From positions 448,001-512,000 of the forward strand of contig OY760505.1 of NCBI GenBank assembly GCA_963663545.1: a DNA stretch of 64,000 nucleotides, given 5' to 3'. Shown piece by piece: positions 20,692 to 30,255 of this stretch (its first letter is position 1; the number at the start of each line of letters is the position of its first letter). Under the pieces are notes generated by a model. That model was not told where the DNA came from. It did no database searches and saw nothing but the letters and a program-made list of their open reading frames with translations. The position numbers and the translations under genes were made by a program. Origin of the DNA: Candidatus Delongbacteria bacterium. GTDB lineage: Bacteria > CAIWAD01.

Positions 20692-22719
20692 CTAGCGAAG
20701 AAGCAGTCCCTTCTTCTGCATGGTCAAGCCGTCTGATGTGGATAACTGCAGCAGGTAATAGCCCGATGCGACGTTGCGTCCGTGCCCGTTGCAGCCATTC
20801 CAGGTGGCGCGGTGCTCGCCGGCCGGCAGGTGACCCAACTCGCGACGCAACACGCAGGCGCCCTGCAGATCGAAAACCGCCAGCGTCACCTCGGCCGCGC
20901 TCTTCAGAGCGAATCGCAGCTGTGTTGTTGGATTGAAGGGATTCGGATAGAGTTCGCAGAGCTCGTGGCTACCGGGATGCGATGTGTCACGGCCAGGCGA
21001 TGCGACACCGACCGCGTCCTCATCGCGCAGAGCAATGATGTAGTTATTGCCAGCAGCCAGGCTGTGCCAGCCCGTGTTGGGCTCGGGAATCGTGCACTGG
21101 CCAAGACTGTTTTCACCCCATGCGAGGATGCGGCCCTCCTCCAGCAGACCCGCGCTGAACTGCAGCCCGGCCGTCAGCGCTACATAGGTCTCGCCAGTAG
21201 GTGCGTCCAACTGTCCGGCGCTGTTGTCGCCCCAACCATCAATACCGCCGTCGGCGCGCAGCGCCAGCGCGTGATCCCAGCCGAGGGCGAAATCCAGGTA
21301 ACCGCTGCTCGCAGGCGCTTCGCCAAGCAGGCTATCGGCGTCGCCCCACTGCACAATGCTGCCGTCGCTTCTCATCGCCAGCCGGATGTTGCCGTTGGCC
21401 AATACCTTGATGAAGTCCGCGTTGGGCTCGGGAAGGGGTAGTTCGCCCAGACTCTCCATTCCCCAAGTGCAGATCGACCCATCTTCGCGCAGGCCAAGCC
21501 CGTAGCCAAGTCCGGCAGCGACTTCGACAAATCCACTATTAGGTTCGGGTATCTGGTACAGCTCAGGAAGATCAATGCCCCAACCATCAAGCGAGCCATC
21601 CTCTCGTAGGGCAAAGGCATGAGCGTAGTTGCTCCACACGTTCGCAACACCAGATTCAGAATCGGGGGAAAACGCGTCACTGAAAAGGTGTGTGAACCAT
21701 TGTCGCACGCGTCCATCGTCAAGCACAGCTCCCAGGGGCATGCTCCCGGCAAACAGAGCGCTGACATCCAGCTCCTGATCGTAGGGAAAACCCTCGCCGT
21801 AGGTTGAGTTCGCAAGACTGATCAAGACCAGCTCGCCGCTGTTGTTCAAACCGATGCACCTGTCGTACCCATCGAGGTACTCTGCAGCGATCTGAACCAC
21901 ACCCTCGGCCAGGGGAGTGTGATTGCCGCCGAAGTAGTCGTCCACTTCGAATACATCCCCATTTGAGCGTAATGCATATCCGTGCCAGCGTGCAGCTGCG
22001 ATCTTCGTGTAGATCTCATCTTGGTTCGAGAACAAGTAATCGCCTGTCCAGAGGTTCATAGCATACACTCGTCCAGCAGGCGTCAATCCGATGTAGTCCC
22101 GGAAGGCCAGGTCAATGTGGGCAAACGGGGCTGCAGCAATCCAGGGAGACAGCATTTGCTCTACACCGGGAGCTACAACGCTTCCGTCATCTCGCAAGGC
22201 GATCCAGCCATAATCGCCGATGGCGATTTCGACGAAACCGGAATTGGGTTGTGGAACGGTAGCCATACCGTTAGGTGCCTCACCCCAGACTACGATGCTG
22301 CCATCCTCGCGCAGTGCGATGCAAGTATTGCTCCAGCAGTCAACCGCCAGGAAGCCAGTATTGGATTGCGGCAGATCGCACTGGCCATATTCGTTTTCGC
22401 CAATGGCCAAAAGACTGCCCCCTTCCAACAACAGCACCGCATAAGAGTAGCCGATGGCAATATCCAGCACGGGTAGCGGGATCTCGGGGAGCGTGACCAG
22501 GTGCTCGGGGGTGTATCCCCAGTGTAGCAGCTCGCCTTCTGTGTTTACTCCGAAGTGCATGCCATAGCGACAGCCAAGCTTGTTCAGGTTTTGCAGCTCG
22601 GCGCGAGGCAGGATGCGCGAACTCCCCCAGGCCAGCACTTCGTCCCGAGCTGGCAGACCGCGCAGGCCCATTGCACCGAGCAGGCAAAGACAAAGGATCG
22701 TGATACATCTGTGATTCAT
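20692..22719 (-). CDS. Secreted RCC1-repeat protein with FlgD-Ig/T9SS type A-like C-terminal domain
   Basis: Repeats AxGxxHxLALRxDGSxxxWG; C-terminal YPNPFNPTT...SGYYL...KKGLLLR. Confidence 0.9.
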   Translation of the reverse strand: MNHRCITILCLCLLGAMGLRGLPARDEVLAWGSSRILPRAELQNLNKLGCRYGMHFGVNTEGELLHWGYTPEHLVTLPEIPLPVLDIAIGYSYAVLLLEGGSLLAIGENEYGQCDLPQSNTGFLAVDCWSNTCIALREDGSIVVWGEAPNGMATVPQPNSGFVEIAIGDYGWIALRDDGSVVAPGVEQMLSPWIAAAPFAHIDLAFRDYIGLTPAGRVYAMNLWTGDYLFSNQDEIYTKIAAARWHGYALRSNGDVFEVDDYFGGNHTPLAEGVVQIAAEYLDGYDRCIGLNNSGELVLISLANSTYGEGFPYDQELDVSALFAGSMPLGAVLDDGRVRQWFTHLFSDAFSPDSESGVANVWSNYAHAFALREDGSLDGWGIDLPELYQIPEPNSGFVEVAAGLGYGLGLREDGSICTWGMESLGELPLPEPNADFIKVLANGNIRLAMRSDGSIVQWGDADSLLGEAPASSGYLDFALGWDHALALRADGGIDGWGDNSAGQLDAPTGETYVALTAGLQFSAGLLEEGRILAWGENSLGQCTIPEPNTGWHSLAAGNNYIIALRDEDAVGVASPGRDTSHPGSHELCELYPNPFNPTTQLRFALKSAAEVTLAVFDLQGACVLRRELGHLPAGEHRATWNGCNGHGRNVASGYYLLQLSTSDGLTMQKKGLLLR

Positions 22720-22863
22720 GGTGGCTCCCGCTGTGTGTCGGATTCCATGTGATACATAATGGGTAGCAGTACGGTTGTGCTCCTCGCACTGTCGCCAGTA
22801 TCGGATTGAGAGCCTAACCCGTCAAGGAGAATTCTTGCCCTTCGCGCATAAATGGGCATAGAG

Positions 22864-23052
22864 TTATGCCGTGCGGCAGCCCCTTAACTGATAGCGTCGC
22901 TCCAACTCTGCCCGTGCTTCAGGACTCTGCTCGGCCAAGTGTTTCTTCCAGCCCGGGCAAAAATTGATGTGCCAGCGCCAGAAGCGGCCCAGCAGAGAGC
23001 GTGGTGAGTTTTCGTAACGCTTTCGTAAAGGGCAGTTGTCGCAGGTACTCAT
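22864..23052 (-). CDS. Small conserved-looking hypothetical protein
   Basis: MSTCDNCPLRKRYE...RFWRWHINFCPGW; start refined to ATG 23052. Confidence 0.7.
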   Translation of the reverse strand: MSTCDNCPLRKRYENSPRSLLGRFWRWHINFCPGWKKHLAEQSPEARAELERRYQLRGCRTA

Positions 23053-23093
23053 CGGCCACAATTCCTCGATGATTTCGTCTCGTCCGCCGTACA

Positions 23094-23152
23094 CGAGGTG
23101 CCAGACGGGGGTCAGATGGGGGTCAGACACTGCTCTGACACGTGTCAGACCC
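23094..23152. repeat. Five degenerate 11-bp tandem units homologous to the 20596 array
   Basis: gtgccagacgg|gggtcagatgg|gggtcagacac|tgctctgacac|gtgtcagaccc; includes palindrome TCTGACACGTGTCAGA at 23134-23149. Confidence 0.8.
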
Positions 23153-23153
23153 C

Positions 23154-23837
23154 TCAGTCCTCAAGCGTATGCTTCCATTCAGGATAATGCTCGCGCAAAC
23201 AATCGGGGCAGATGCTGTGGCTGATGTCAGCCATGGTGCTGCGGCTGAGGTAGACCTCTACCTTTTCCCAATAACCCTTGTCGTCGCGCACGCGCTTGCA
23301 GAAAGAGCAGACAGGCAGAATTCCGCGCAAGGCCGTGATCTCGGCGGCCGCCTCCTGCAACTGGTGCAGTAGGGCCTCGCGCTCTTCAGAGGCGTGTTTG
23401 GCTTCGGTGACATCACGACAAATGCAGAAGACGAATTTCTGCCCCTGGTAGGTGGTCCCGCTGTTGCTGAGCTCTACATCAATCAGGCGGCCATCCTTGC
23501 GGCGATGCATTGTCAGAAAACGATGCCCCTTTTCGTCTACCTCGCGAATCAGCCCGGCTACGACTTCACCTGAATGCTTGGCCTCCCAATCCATCACATG
23601 CAAGCGCTTCACTTCTTCCAGTGAGTAGCCCAGCATCTCAGCAAACTGACGGTTTGCCTCGTGCACAAATCCATCAATGTTCAGCACGACGATGCTGTCA
23701 ATGGACTCCTCCACCAACATGCGACGCCAATTGATTTCGTCTTGAAGTTGAGCACGAACCTGGCGCAGCTCATCCTCGGCCGCTTCCAGCTCCCGGACAC
23801 GGAGTTCCAGATCCTCATAGCAGGGCTTGTCACACAT
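23154..23837 (-). CDS. PAS sensor protein with C-terminal CxxC...SHxICPxC domain
   Basis: Coiled coil, PAS (ANRQFAEMLGYS, HRRKDG, RDVT), ILPVCSFCKRVRD...SHSICPDC. Confidence 0.88.
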   Translation of the reverse strand: MCDKPCYEDLELRVRELEAAEDELRQVRAQLQDEINWRRMLVEESIDSIVVLNIDGFVHEANRQFAEMLGYSLEEVKRLHVMDWEAKHSGEVVAGLIREVDEKGHRFLTMHRRKDGRLIDVELSNSGTTYQGQKFVFCICRDVTEAKHASEEREALLHQLQEAAAEITALRGILPVCSFCKRVRDDKGYWEKVEVYLSRSTMADISHSICPDCLREHYPEWKHTLED

Positions 23838-24176
23838 GGCCAGCAACCATCCATTCGTAGGGGGAGAGGGCAAACGAATCAGGGCTTGGGTTCATGGGTC
23901 GGGCATGGATTCATGAAGGAATCACGGGCATGGCCAACGGCAACAACGGTAGGAAAGAAACGGCGGGATCGCAAAGCAAAAACGCTTTCAGGTTACTCCG
24001 TACGACATCCCTGGAGCAGATCATCAAAGCCGAGAAAGACACTTTTGCTGTGTATCAGAAAAACTTGCTCGTCTTCGGTCAAGCACATATCGATAGCCGC
24101 TAAGCGGCCCGGGCACCTGTTAGCTTGAAGTCAAAGGAGCAAATGATTGGATTTCGAATGGCAGACGAACTCCAGA

Positions 24177-24866
24177 TCAGCTAATACCAAGATGTCCTGC
24201 TTCGCGCTCGTAGCACTCGGGACAGATGCCATGGGAAGCATGCGCGCCGGACAGTCTTTCCACAACGACTTCCACCGGTAGCCAACGGCCTTCAGGATCG
24301 CACACCTTCTTGCAGTAGCAGCAGATGGGGTAGATACGACTGAGCCCGCAGAGTACCCGATCGCGGCGTTCCAGTTCTTCTTTGTCCCAAAGTACGCGAA
24401 GCGTAAGCTCGATTATACGCTTTACCTGCTGAATCAGGTGGATGTGAATCTCGTTGTGTGCATTGGCCTTGTTGTCTAAAAAGCAGACGGTGCCAAACTG
24501 TCCACCACCGGGCAGGTTGATGGGCATACCCGCGTAGGAAACCATGCTCAGATTGGTGACGGCCGAATTGTTATGCCAATTCGGATCGTGCTCTGCATCC
24601 GGAATAAGATTCAACGCGCGACTTTTCAGCGTATGCTCACAGAACCAACCCGAATTGGGATAAGGCTCCACCACGTCTACCGGATAAGGATTCCCCTCCG
24701 TATGACTGGAAAGTAGAATCTCGATGGTGCTGCCGTCCACACGAGTAATCAGACCCGCAGGAACGGCTAGGATCTCAGCCGCACGATCCAGCAGGTTCTG
24801 CCACTCTTGCAGCAGCTCGACGGAGAGACGCTTGCGACTGAAGGGGTTCGGTTCGGGCGTTGACAT
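24177..24866 (-). CDS. GAF sensor protein with C-terminal CxxC...SHxICPxC domain
   Basis: GAF (FCEH, YAGMPI, GTVCFLD), PICCYCKKV...SHGICPEC. Confidence 0.88.
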   Translation of the reverse strand: MSTPEPNPFSRKRLSVELLQEWQNLLDRAAEILAVPAGLITRVDGSTIEILLSSHTEGNPYPVDVVEPYPNSGWFCEHTLKSRALNLIPDAEHDPNWHNNSAVTNLSMVSYAGMPINLPGGGQFGTVCFLDNKANAHNEIHIHLIQQVKRIIELTLRVLWDKEELERRDRVLCGLSRIYPICCYCKKVCDPEGRWLPVEVVVERLSGAHASHGICPECYEREAGHLGIS

Positions 24867-24907
24867 GGATGCCTCGAGATAAGTGGATTACCGCCATTGG
24901 CCAAATG

Positions 24908-25756
24908 CTATTCGGTACTTAGGGGAAGCGTCTGAAGCGATTGCTTCAGTCTGTACAGACAGACTAACGTTTGCTGTATCACATGATCCGCTTTGTCAAA
25001 CTCTAGCACACGCACGCCAGCCAGTCGCGGGTGAAAATACACATCAGGAGGTGCAGATTCCAGCTTGATCTTCGTCAGATGCTCCACCAGCAAATCAAAC
25101 ATGCCCAGCGTGGCATCGATCATGTTGGGGGCCTGGCTATCCGCACTTCCTCTGCTTGGTGATACATCCACCGCTATGGTGTGGGAACACTCCTTGAGCA
25201 GATCATAGGGCAGATTATTACTGATACCGCCGTCCACCAGCACACGCCCCTCGTGTTCCACCGGAACAAAAATGCCGGGAATGGCCATGCTCGCCTCCAG
25301 GGCAGGCCGCAGAGGTCCCTGATCAAAGACGACGCACTCCCCCGTATAAAAATCGGTAGCTGTCACACGCAGGGGAATCTGCAGGTCCTCGAACTGTGTC
25401 ACGCCCATTCGTTGAATCAAGTAGTGCAGGAACCCGTCGGCGCGCAGTAGGCCGCTGCCCGTCCAGGCCACATGAATGGCACTGACCCATTTCAGCAGCG
25501 TGGACTTCTTCGCCAGCAGATCCTTCAGCCCATCGTCCCGCGTGATACGATGCTCCTCAACAAGCTGCCGGATCTCGCGCCCACGATAACCGGAAGCGTA
25601 GAGGGCGCCAACAATGGCTCCCATGCTGGTTCCACTGACGATGGCAGGGCGCAGGTTCAATTCGTCAAGCGCCTCCAGAACGGGGATGTGCGCCAGACCG
25701 CGAACACCGCCACCACCAAGGGCAAGGCCCAAACTTGTGTGTTTGCCTTGGCTCAT
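24908..25756 (-). CDS. Patatin-like phospholipase (RssA/NTE family)
   Basis: LGGGGVRG, GTSMG, DGG. Confidence 0.93.
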   Translation of the reverse strand: MSQGKHTSLGLALGGGGVRGLAHIPVLEALDELNLRPAIVSGTSMGAIVGALYASGYRGREIRQLVEEHRITRDDGLKDLLAKKSTLLKWVSAIHVAWTGSGLLRADGFLHYLIQRMGVTQFEDLQIPLRVTATDFYTGECVVFDQGPLRPALEASMAIPGIFVPVEHEGRVLVDGGISNNLPYDLLKECSHTIAVDVSPSRGSADSQAPNMIDATLGMFDLLVEHLTKIKLESAPPDVYFHPRLAGVRVLEFDKADHVIQQTLVCLYRLKQSLQTLPLSTE

Positions 25757-26472
25757 GCTTGTCCCGGCTGTTTGTTGTCGGCAGGCAAAGCCTCCACGCG
25801 ATAGCGCCCTCCAGCACGATCTACATAGATATCGTCGCGCAGCTTATGCAATTGTAAGTCTGTCGGCGAGCCGTCGGCAGGGCTTCGTCTCCAGTGATAC
25901 AAACCCAGCAATGGAATCAGCAGGGTCAACAGCCCAGCCAGTATCCCTTGTATCACAAGAATCTTCAAGGACGTCTTCTTTTCGTACTCAAAAAGAACAA
26001 TCAGGGAAGTATGCGCAGCAAACAGAAGGTCATTGGTCCACATCAAAGTGAGCAAGTGTCTTAATCTGAAAGGCAGCTGCACCGATTGTAACACGAAACA
26101 GTGGGCGAAGATGGCGGCCCAAACGGACACGACAAGAACCCACTTCCAATAGGAGTCATTGAAATGCTCCATCCAAAGGCCACCAATGCCAAGCACGGCC
26201 GCTACTAGCGCCAATGACATGCCGAACGCGCTGACCGCCCGGTTCCCATGTTTGCGCACGTACACGCTGGCACAGAGAAAGCAGAGACTGGCCAGTATGA
26301 TGATGCCATTCGTCGCCAGGACTTTGCCCTCAAACTCGCCGAAATTGCCTACCAACACGTAGTAAACGGCCAGCAGCGCGCTTAGCACCAATAAGCCCAC
26401 AAAAGTACGCAGCGAAATAAGCCTGATGCGATCTGCGATGCCGGATCCAATGGCGGTTACTGTGTTCGACAT
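25753..26472 (-). CDS. Multi-pass membrane hypothetical protein
   Basis: About seven hydrophobic segments; start refined to ATG 26472. Confidence 0.7.
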   Translation of the reverse strand: MSNTVTAIGSGIADRIRLISLRTFVGLLVLSALLAVYYVLVGNFGEFEGKVLATNGIIILASLCFLCASVYVRKHGNRAVSAFGMSLALVAAVLGIGGLWMEHFNDSYWKWVLVVSVWAAIFAHCFVLQSVQLPFRLRHLLTLMWTNDLLFAAHTSLIVLFEYEKKTSLKILVIQGILAGLLTLLIPLLGLYHWRRSPADGSPTDLQLHKLRDDIYVDRAGGRYRVEALPADNKQPGQA

Positions 26473-26494
26473 GAACTCTAACCCTCCGATAGGT

Positions 26495-27712
26495 CTAGCG
26501 ATCCTGCGTGACACGGCGAGCAGCACACAACAGCCCCAGAGTAGCGATACCTGCAAAAAGAGCACCCGCGTAGAAGGTGGCAGCCGCCCCCTGCGTCTTC
26601 CAGAGGAATCCCGCCAGCACACTCGCCAGAATCAGCATCAGTCCGCTGATCAAATGAAACACACCAAAGGCGGTGCCGCGCAGCTCGCTCGGTGCGCTGT
26701 CGGCGACCAGCTTGGACAGCAGTCCCTGTGTCAACGCCAAGTGCAGGCCCCAAAGGGCTACACCGCCCATGACGACTGTGTAGGTATCCGCGATAGCCAG
26801 CGTCAGATCGGCAAGCACGAGCACAACCAGACCGACGGCCAGCAAGGGGCGGGCCGGCAAACGGTCTGAGGCAATTCCGGCTGGATACGCCAGCGCAGAG
26901 TACACCAGGTTCATGACAATCATCACCAGCGGAACCAGAGAAATAGAGAGCCCCACCTCCTGCGCCCGCAGAATCAGAAAGGCCTCGCTGAAACGAGCCA
27001 GCGAAAAGACTCCGCCTAATAGCACCACAAACCAATAGGAAGCAGGAAGGCTGCGTGCCGTTCGCAGATTCAATGCTCGGCGCGCTGTCTGTGTATCACA
27101 CTTCCGATCAGGCTCCTTGACCGCAACAAGCAGCATGAAGACGGCCAGAAACGCCGGTAACACAGCCAACCAGAGCACGGCGCGCAGGTTCTGCGCCAAC
27201 AGAATCATGCCGGCGATGGCCAGCAAGGGTCCAAGAAAGGCTCCCACAGAGTCCAGGCTCTGGCGCAGTCCGTAGGCGGCTCCGCGCAATTCGGGGGGCG
27301 CAATATCCGCCACCAGTGCATCACGGGGAGCACCGCGAATGCCTTTGCCGATGCGGTCGGTGAAACGCGCAGCAAAGACCCAGCCCAGGCTGCTTGCCAG
27401 TGGAAAAACCGGCTTCGTCAGCGCCGCCAGGCCGTATCCCAACACGGCCAGAAATTTGCGGCGGCGAAAATAGTCACTCAGTGCGCCGGAAAACACTTTG
27501 GTGATGGCGGCAATTCCCTCGGCGAAGCCTTCAATAAGACCGATGCTGAGCATCGAAGCCCCCAGTACCGAGGTCATCAGAACGGGTAGCAGACTGTGCA
27601 CCAGCTCCGAACTGACGTCCATCAGCAGGGAGACAACTCCCAGTGCCCAGATACTTCGTGGTAGTTTGTGATACATCACTTTCGTAGCAGACTCCCCGTT
27701 GGATTCACTCAA
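26495..27712 (-). CDS. MFS transporter
   Basis: 12-TM pattern; GALSDYFRRRK, DRIGKGIRGAPRDAL. Confidence 0.92.
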   Translation of the reverse strand: MSESNGESATKVMYHKLPRSIWALGVVSLLMDVSSELVHSLLPVLMTSVLGASMLSIGLIEGFAEGIAAITKVFSGALSDYFRRRKFLAVLGYGLAALTKPVFPLASSLGWVFAARFTDRIGKGIRGAPRDALVADIAPPELRGAAYGLRQSLDSVGAFLGPLLAIAGMILLAQNLRAVLWLAVLPAFLAVFMLLVAVKEPDRKCDTQTARRALNLRTARSLPASYWFVVLLGGVFSLARFSEAFLILRAQEVGLSISLVPLVMIVMNLVYSALAYPAGIASDRLPARPLLAVGLVVLVLADLTLAIADTYTVVMGGVALWGLHLALTQGLLSKLVADSAPSELRGTAFGVFHLISGLMLILASVLAGFLWKTQGAAATFYAGALFAGIATLGLLCAARRVTQDR

Positions 27713-27797
27713 TCAGGGAAAAGGTAATCGAGGCAACCGGGATCAGCAGGCGATGCTGGTTCTATCTCGAGGACCTCAAAGGCCACTTTGTCTCAGT

Positions 27798-28193
27798 CTA
27801 TTCTTCCTCGATCAACCAAGCATACGCTTCGTCCATTGTCCGAAAGACACGACGAGTGCGCGGCGCTCCGTCCTCGGCATAGACCTCCCACATGCGCAGT
27901 ACGCCGAAATCCACATCACTACCGGCGACCAGAGCGACTCGCGCGGCTGCTCTTTCCAAGTAGGGGCCAACCTTGGTGGCCAGAATCTTGAGGCTATCGC
28001 TGTTGAAGTTGACCAGGCTGGATTCGCGGTAATCCCAGAGCTCGATCATGCCCGGCGTGTGACGTGGATCCTCCAACAACTCAAGCAAGGCAGCGAGTAC
28101 ATCATCCGGTCCGGGTGTTCCCGTTATGACAATAACCGCAAGGCGTCCATCTCGTTCAAAACGTATCACGTCCAGATCCTCCCCTGAGTGCAT
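27798..28193 (-). CDS. STAS/SEC14-like hypothetical protein
   Basis: 131 aa with ELWDYRE, RVALVA, VFRTMDEAYAWL pattern. Confidence 0.7.
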   Translation of the reverse strand: MHSGEDLDVIRFERDGRLAVIVITGTPGPDDVLAALLELLEDPRHTPGMIELWDYRESSLVNFNSDSLKILATKVGPYLERAAARVALVAGSDVDFGVLRMWEVYAEDGAPRTRRVFRTMDEAYAWLIEEE

Positions 28194-28391
28194 GCAATAT
28201 CACATCCGTGTGTCACAGCAACAAGGTCAGGATGTCATGTATTGATATTTCCTGTATAAGGAATGCGAGGGCGTATTGTACAGACATGCCAAGATCCGCG
28301 TCTCAAATGCACAACCACGAATCACGCTCGATCAGTACGGCGCTCATGCCCTGATTGTTTTGTGTCACATTTCACTTCCCGCACACTCAGA

Positions 28392-29318
28392 TTATTGCCA
28401 GAGGAAGGCGAGGGCACGCTTACCCAAAATGTAGTCGTCAAAGACAATCTCGGCGGGATTGTTACCGGCCAGGCCAACACACACATGCAAGGGCAGTAGG
28501 TGTTCCTCGCGAGGATGGCAATAACGGGCGCCGGGGGCGTCCTCCCAGTACAGCAGCCGCTGGAAACGCTTCGACTCCTCGGACGCATCCGTGCAGGCCT
28601 CTATAAGCCAGTTCTGAAAAGCATCATTCTCCGCATCGGGTTCGCGCCCTCCCTCAAAACGGAAAGCGCGCATGTTGTGAAAGGAGAAGCCGGAGCCGAT
28701 GATCAACACATTCTCCTGCAGCAAGGGTCGCAGGGCCTTGCCCAACTCCAGATGTGCCTGCGGATCCAGTCCACGCAGCAGCGAAAGTTGGGTCGAGGGG
28801 ATATCCGCTTCGGGGTAAGTCATCAACAGAGGCGCATACAGCCCGTGATCATACCCGCGCTCCTCATTGATGCTGGCGGGAATTCCCGCCTCCTGCAATA
28901 GCTCCAGCGCACGCGCTGCCAGGGTTGTATCACCAAGAGCAGGATACTGCAGCTGGTAGCTCTCCGGGGGAAAGCCGTAGTAGTCGTAGAACATGGAGGG
29001 CTGCTTTGCGCCAAGTAGTGTTGCAACTGATTCTTCCCAGTGTGCGCTGATGACGAGTATGTGATCTGGCCGGCGAAGGCGCTGGCTCAGGCCGCTCATG
29101 AATTCCACCATCGCTGCATGCGATGTATCACTTAGCAGCGGCAGCGGACCACCGCCGTGGGAGAAGTAGATCACCTGTCCCGGAGTCGCCATGGCCTGCT
29201 CCCCGTTTGGTTCAGATTCCGCGCCCCTTGCCTGTGCGCCAAAGACCACCAGCATTGCAGTGACACAGCCGAAAAGGCACTTCGCCGACGATCGCAGAAT
29301 CATCATTCTCATCTGCAT
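28392..29318 (-). CDS. Class III extradiol dioxygenase (LigB/DODA-type); start uncertain
   Basis: FSHGG, ISAHW, YDYYGFP, DHG, GSGFSFHN, HPREEHLLPL. Confidence 0.92.
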   Translation of the reverse strand: MQMRMMILRSSAKCLFGCVTAMLVVFGAQARGAESEPNGEQAMATPGQVIYFSHGGGPLPLLSDTSHAAMVEFMSGLSQRLRRPDHILVISAHWEESVATLLGAKQPSMFYDYYGFPPESYQLQYPALGDTTLAARALELLQEAGIPASINEERGYDHGLYAPLLMTYPEADIPSTQLSLLRGLDPQAHLELGKALRPLLQENVLIIGSGFSFHNMRAFRFEGGREPDAENDAFQNWLIEACTDASEESKRFQRLLYWEDAPGARYCHPREEHLLPLHVCVGLAGNNPAEIVFDDYILGKRALAFLWQ

Positions 29319-29378
29319 TTGCCTTCACGTGTGTTGCAAACTACGATCTGCCAATGGAATTGACAGCTCTGGGCCACT

Positions 29379-30128
29379 CTAGTGAAGTGGACCTTGCCCG
29401 ACTAGACTGCCATCCAGTGCAATCACGGCTTCCTCCAAAGGAAGACTGGTTCCGGAGAGCTCTCTGGCCTTAAGCGCCATGTAGCTCAAGCCGCCACAAC
29501 AGGGCACTTGCATGCGTACTACAATCACTTTCGTGATACCGCTACCCGCCATCATGGCAGCCAGTTTTTCCACATACCCCTCGGTTCGATCAAGTTTCGG
29601 ACAGGCCATGGCAATTGCGCGTCCTCGAATGAAGCGCCACTGTACATCGGGAGACGCGACGGCGGCACAGCTCGCCAGCAGCACAAGCTCCTTGCCGCGC
29701 AAGAAGGGAGCGTTTGTCGGCAGCAAGTGCAATTGAATCGGCCATTGCCCCAGCTCTGCCTGCATCACGCGTGCAGGAGCATCCGTCGTCGCGGCCTGTG
29801 TTGCAACCGAAGCGTCCGCCGTCAGGGTCATCAATCGGCTTCCGGGACAGCCTCCCGCCGCGTGATGCGCCGATGGATGTGCATTGGCAGAACCCGCCTG
29901 TGTCACATTCGCGGAACACACAGCGGAATCGTCAGTCGCCTCTGTGTCAACAATCCTCAGCGCTCCGGTTGGGCAAGTGCCGATGCAGGCGCCGAGACCG
30001 TCACAAAATTCTTGGCGCACAAGACGCGCCTTTCCTTCGATCACTTTGAGGGCACCATGCTCACAGCCCGTCTCACAATTCCCGCAGCCAGTACATAATT
30101 CTTCGTTGATGCTGATCCGCTTGCTCAT
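29379..30128 (-). CDS. 2x[4Fe-4S] ferredoxin domain protein
   Basis: CTGCGNCETGC, CDGLGACIGTCP, QWPIQL, ACPKLD, VPCCGG. Confidence 0.92.
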   Translation of the reverse strand: MSKRISINEELCTGCGNCETGCEHGALKVIEGKARLVRQEFCDGLGACIGTCPTGALRIVDTEATDDSAVCSANVTQAGSANAHPSAHHAAGGCPGSRLMTLTADASVATQAATTDAPARVMQAELGQWPIQLHLLPTNAPFLRGKELVLLASCAAVASPDVQWRFIRGRAIAMACPKLDRTEGYVEKLAAMMAGSGITKVIVVRMQVPCCGGLSYMALKARELSGTSLPLEEAVIALDGSLVGQGPLH

Positions 30129-30215
30129 GGCCTCACTGCCTTTCGTAGCTTCTTGTGTCGCAGCATCTGCAGCTCGCGACTCGACAACAAATTGGCTTGT
30201 GCAGCTTTGCCGCAC

Positions 30216-30231
30216 CTTGACATGAGTCAAG
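30216..30231. promoter_or_regulatory. FNR/Crp-type operator
   Basis: Inverted repeat CTTGAC-atga-GTCAAG between the divergent ferredoxin and Crp/Fnr genes. Confidence 0.75.
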
Positions 30232-30255
30232 CCATGACGAAGGGAAAGGGAACTG

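Noticed and set aside
23894-24103. Small plus-strand ORF between the PAS and GAF genes
   Set aside because: A plausible RBS precedes ATG 23940, but there is no recognisable motif and it runs opposite to its neighbours; support is insufficient.
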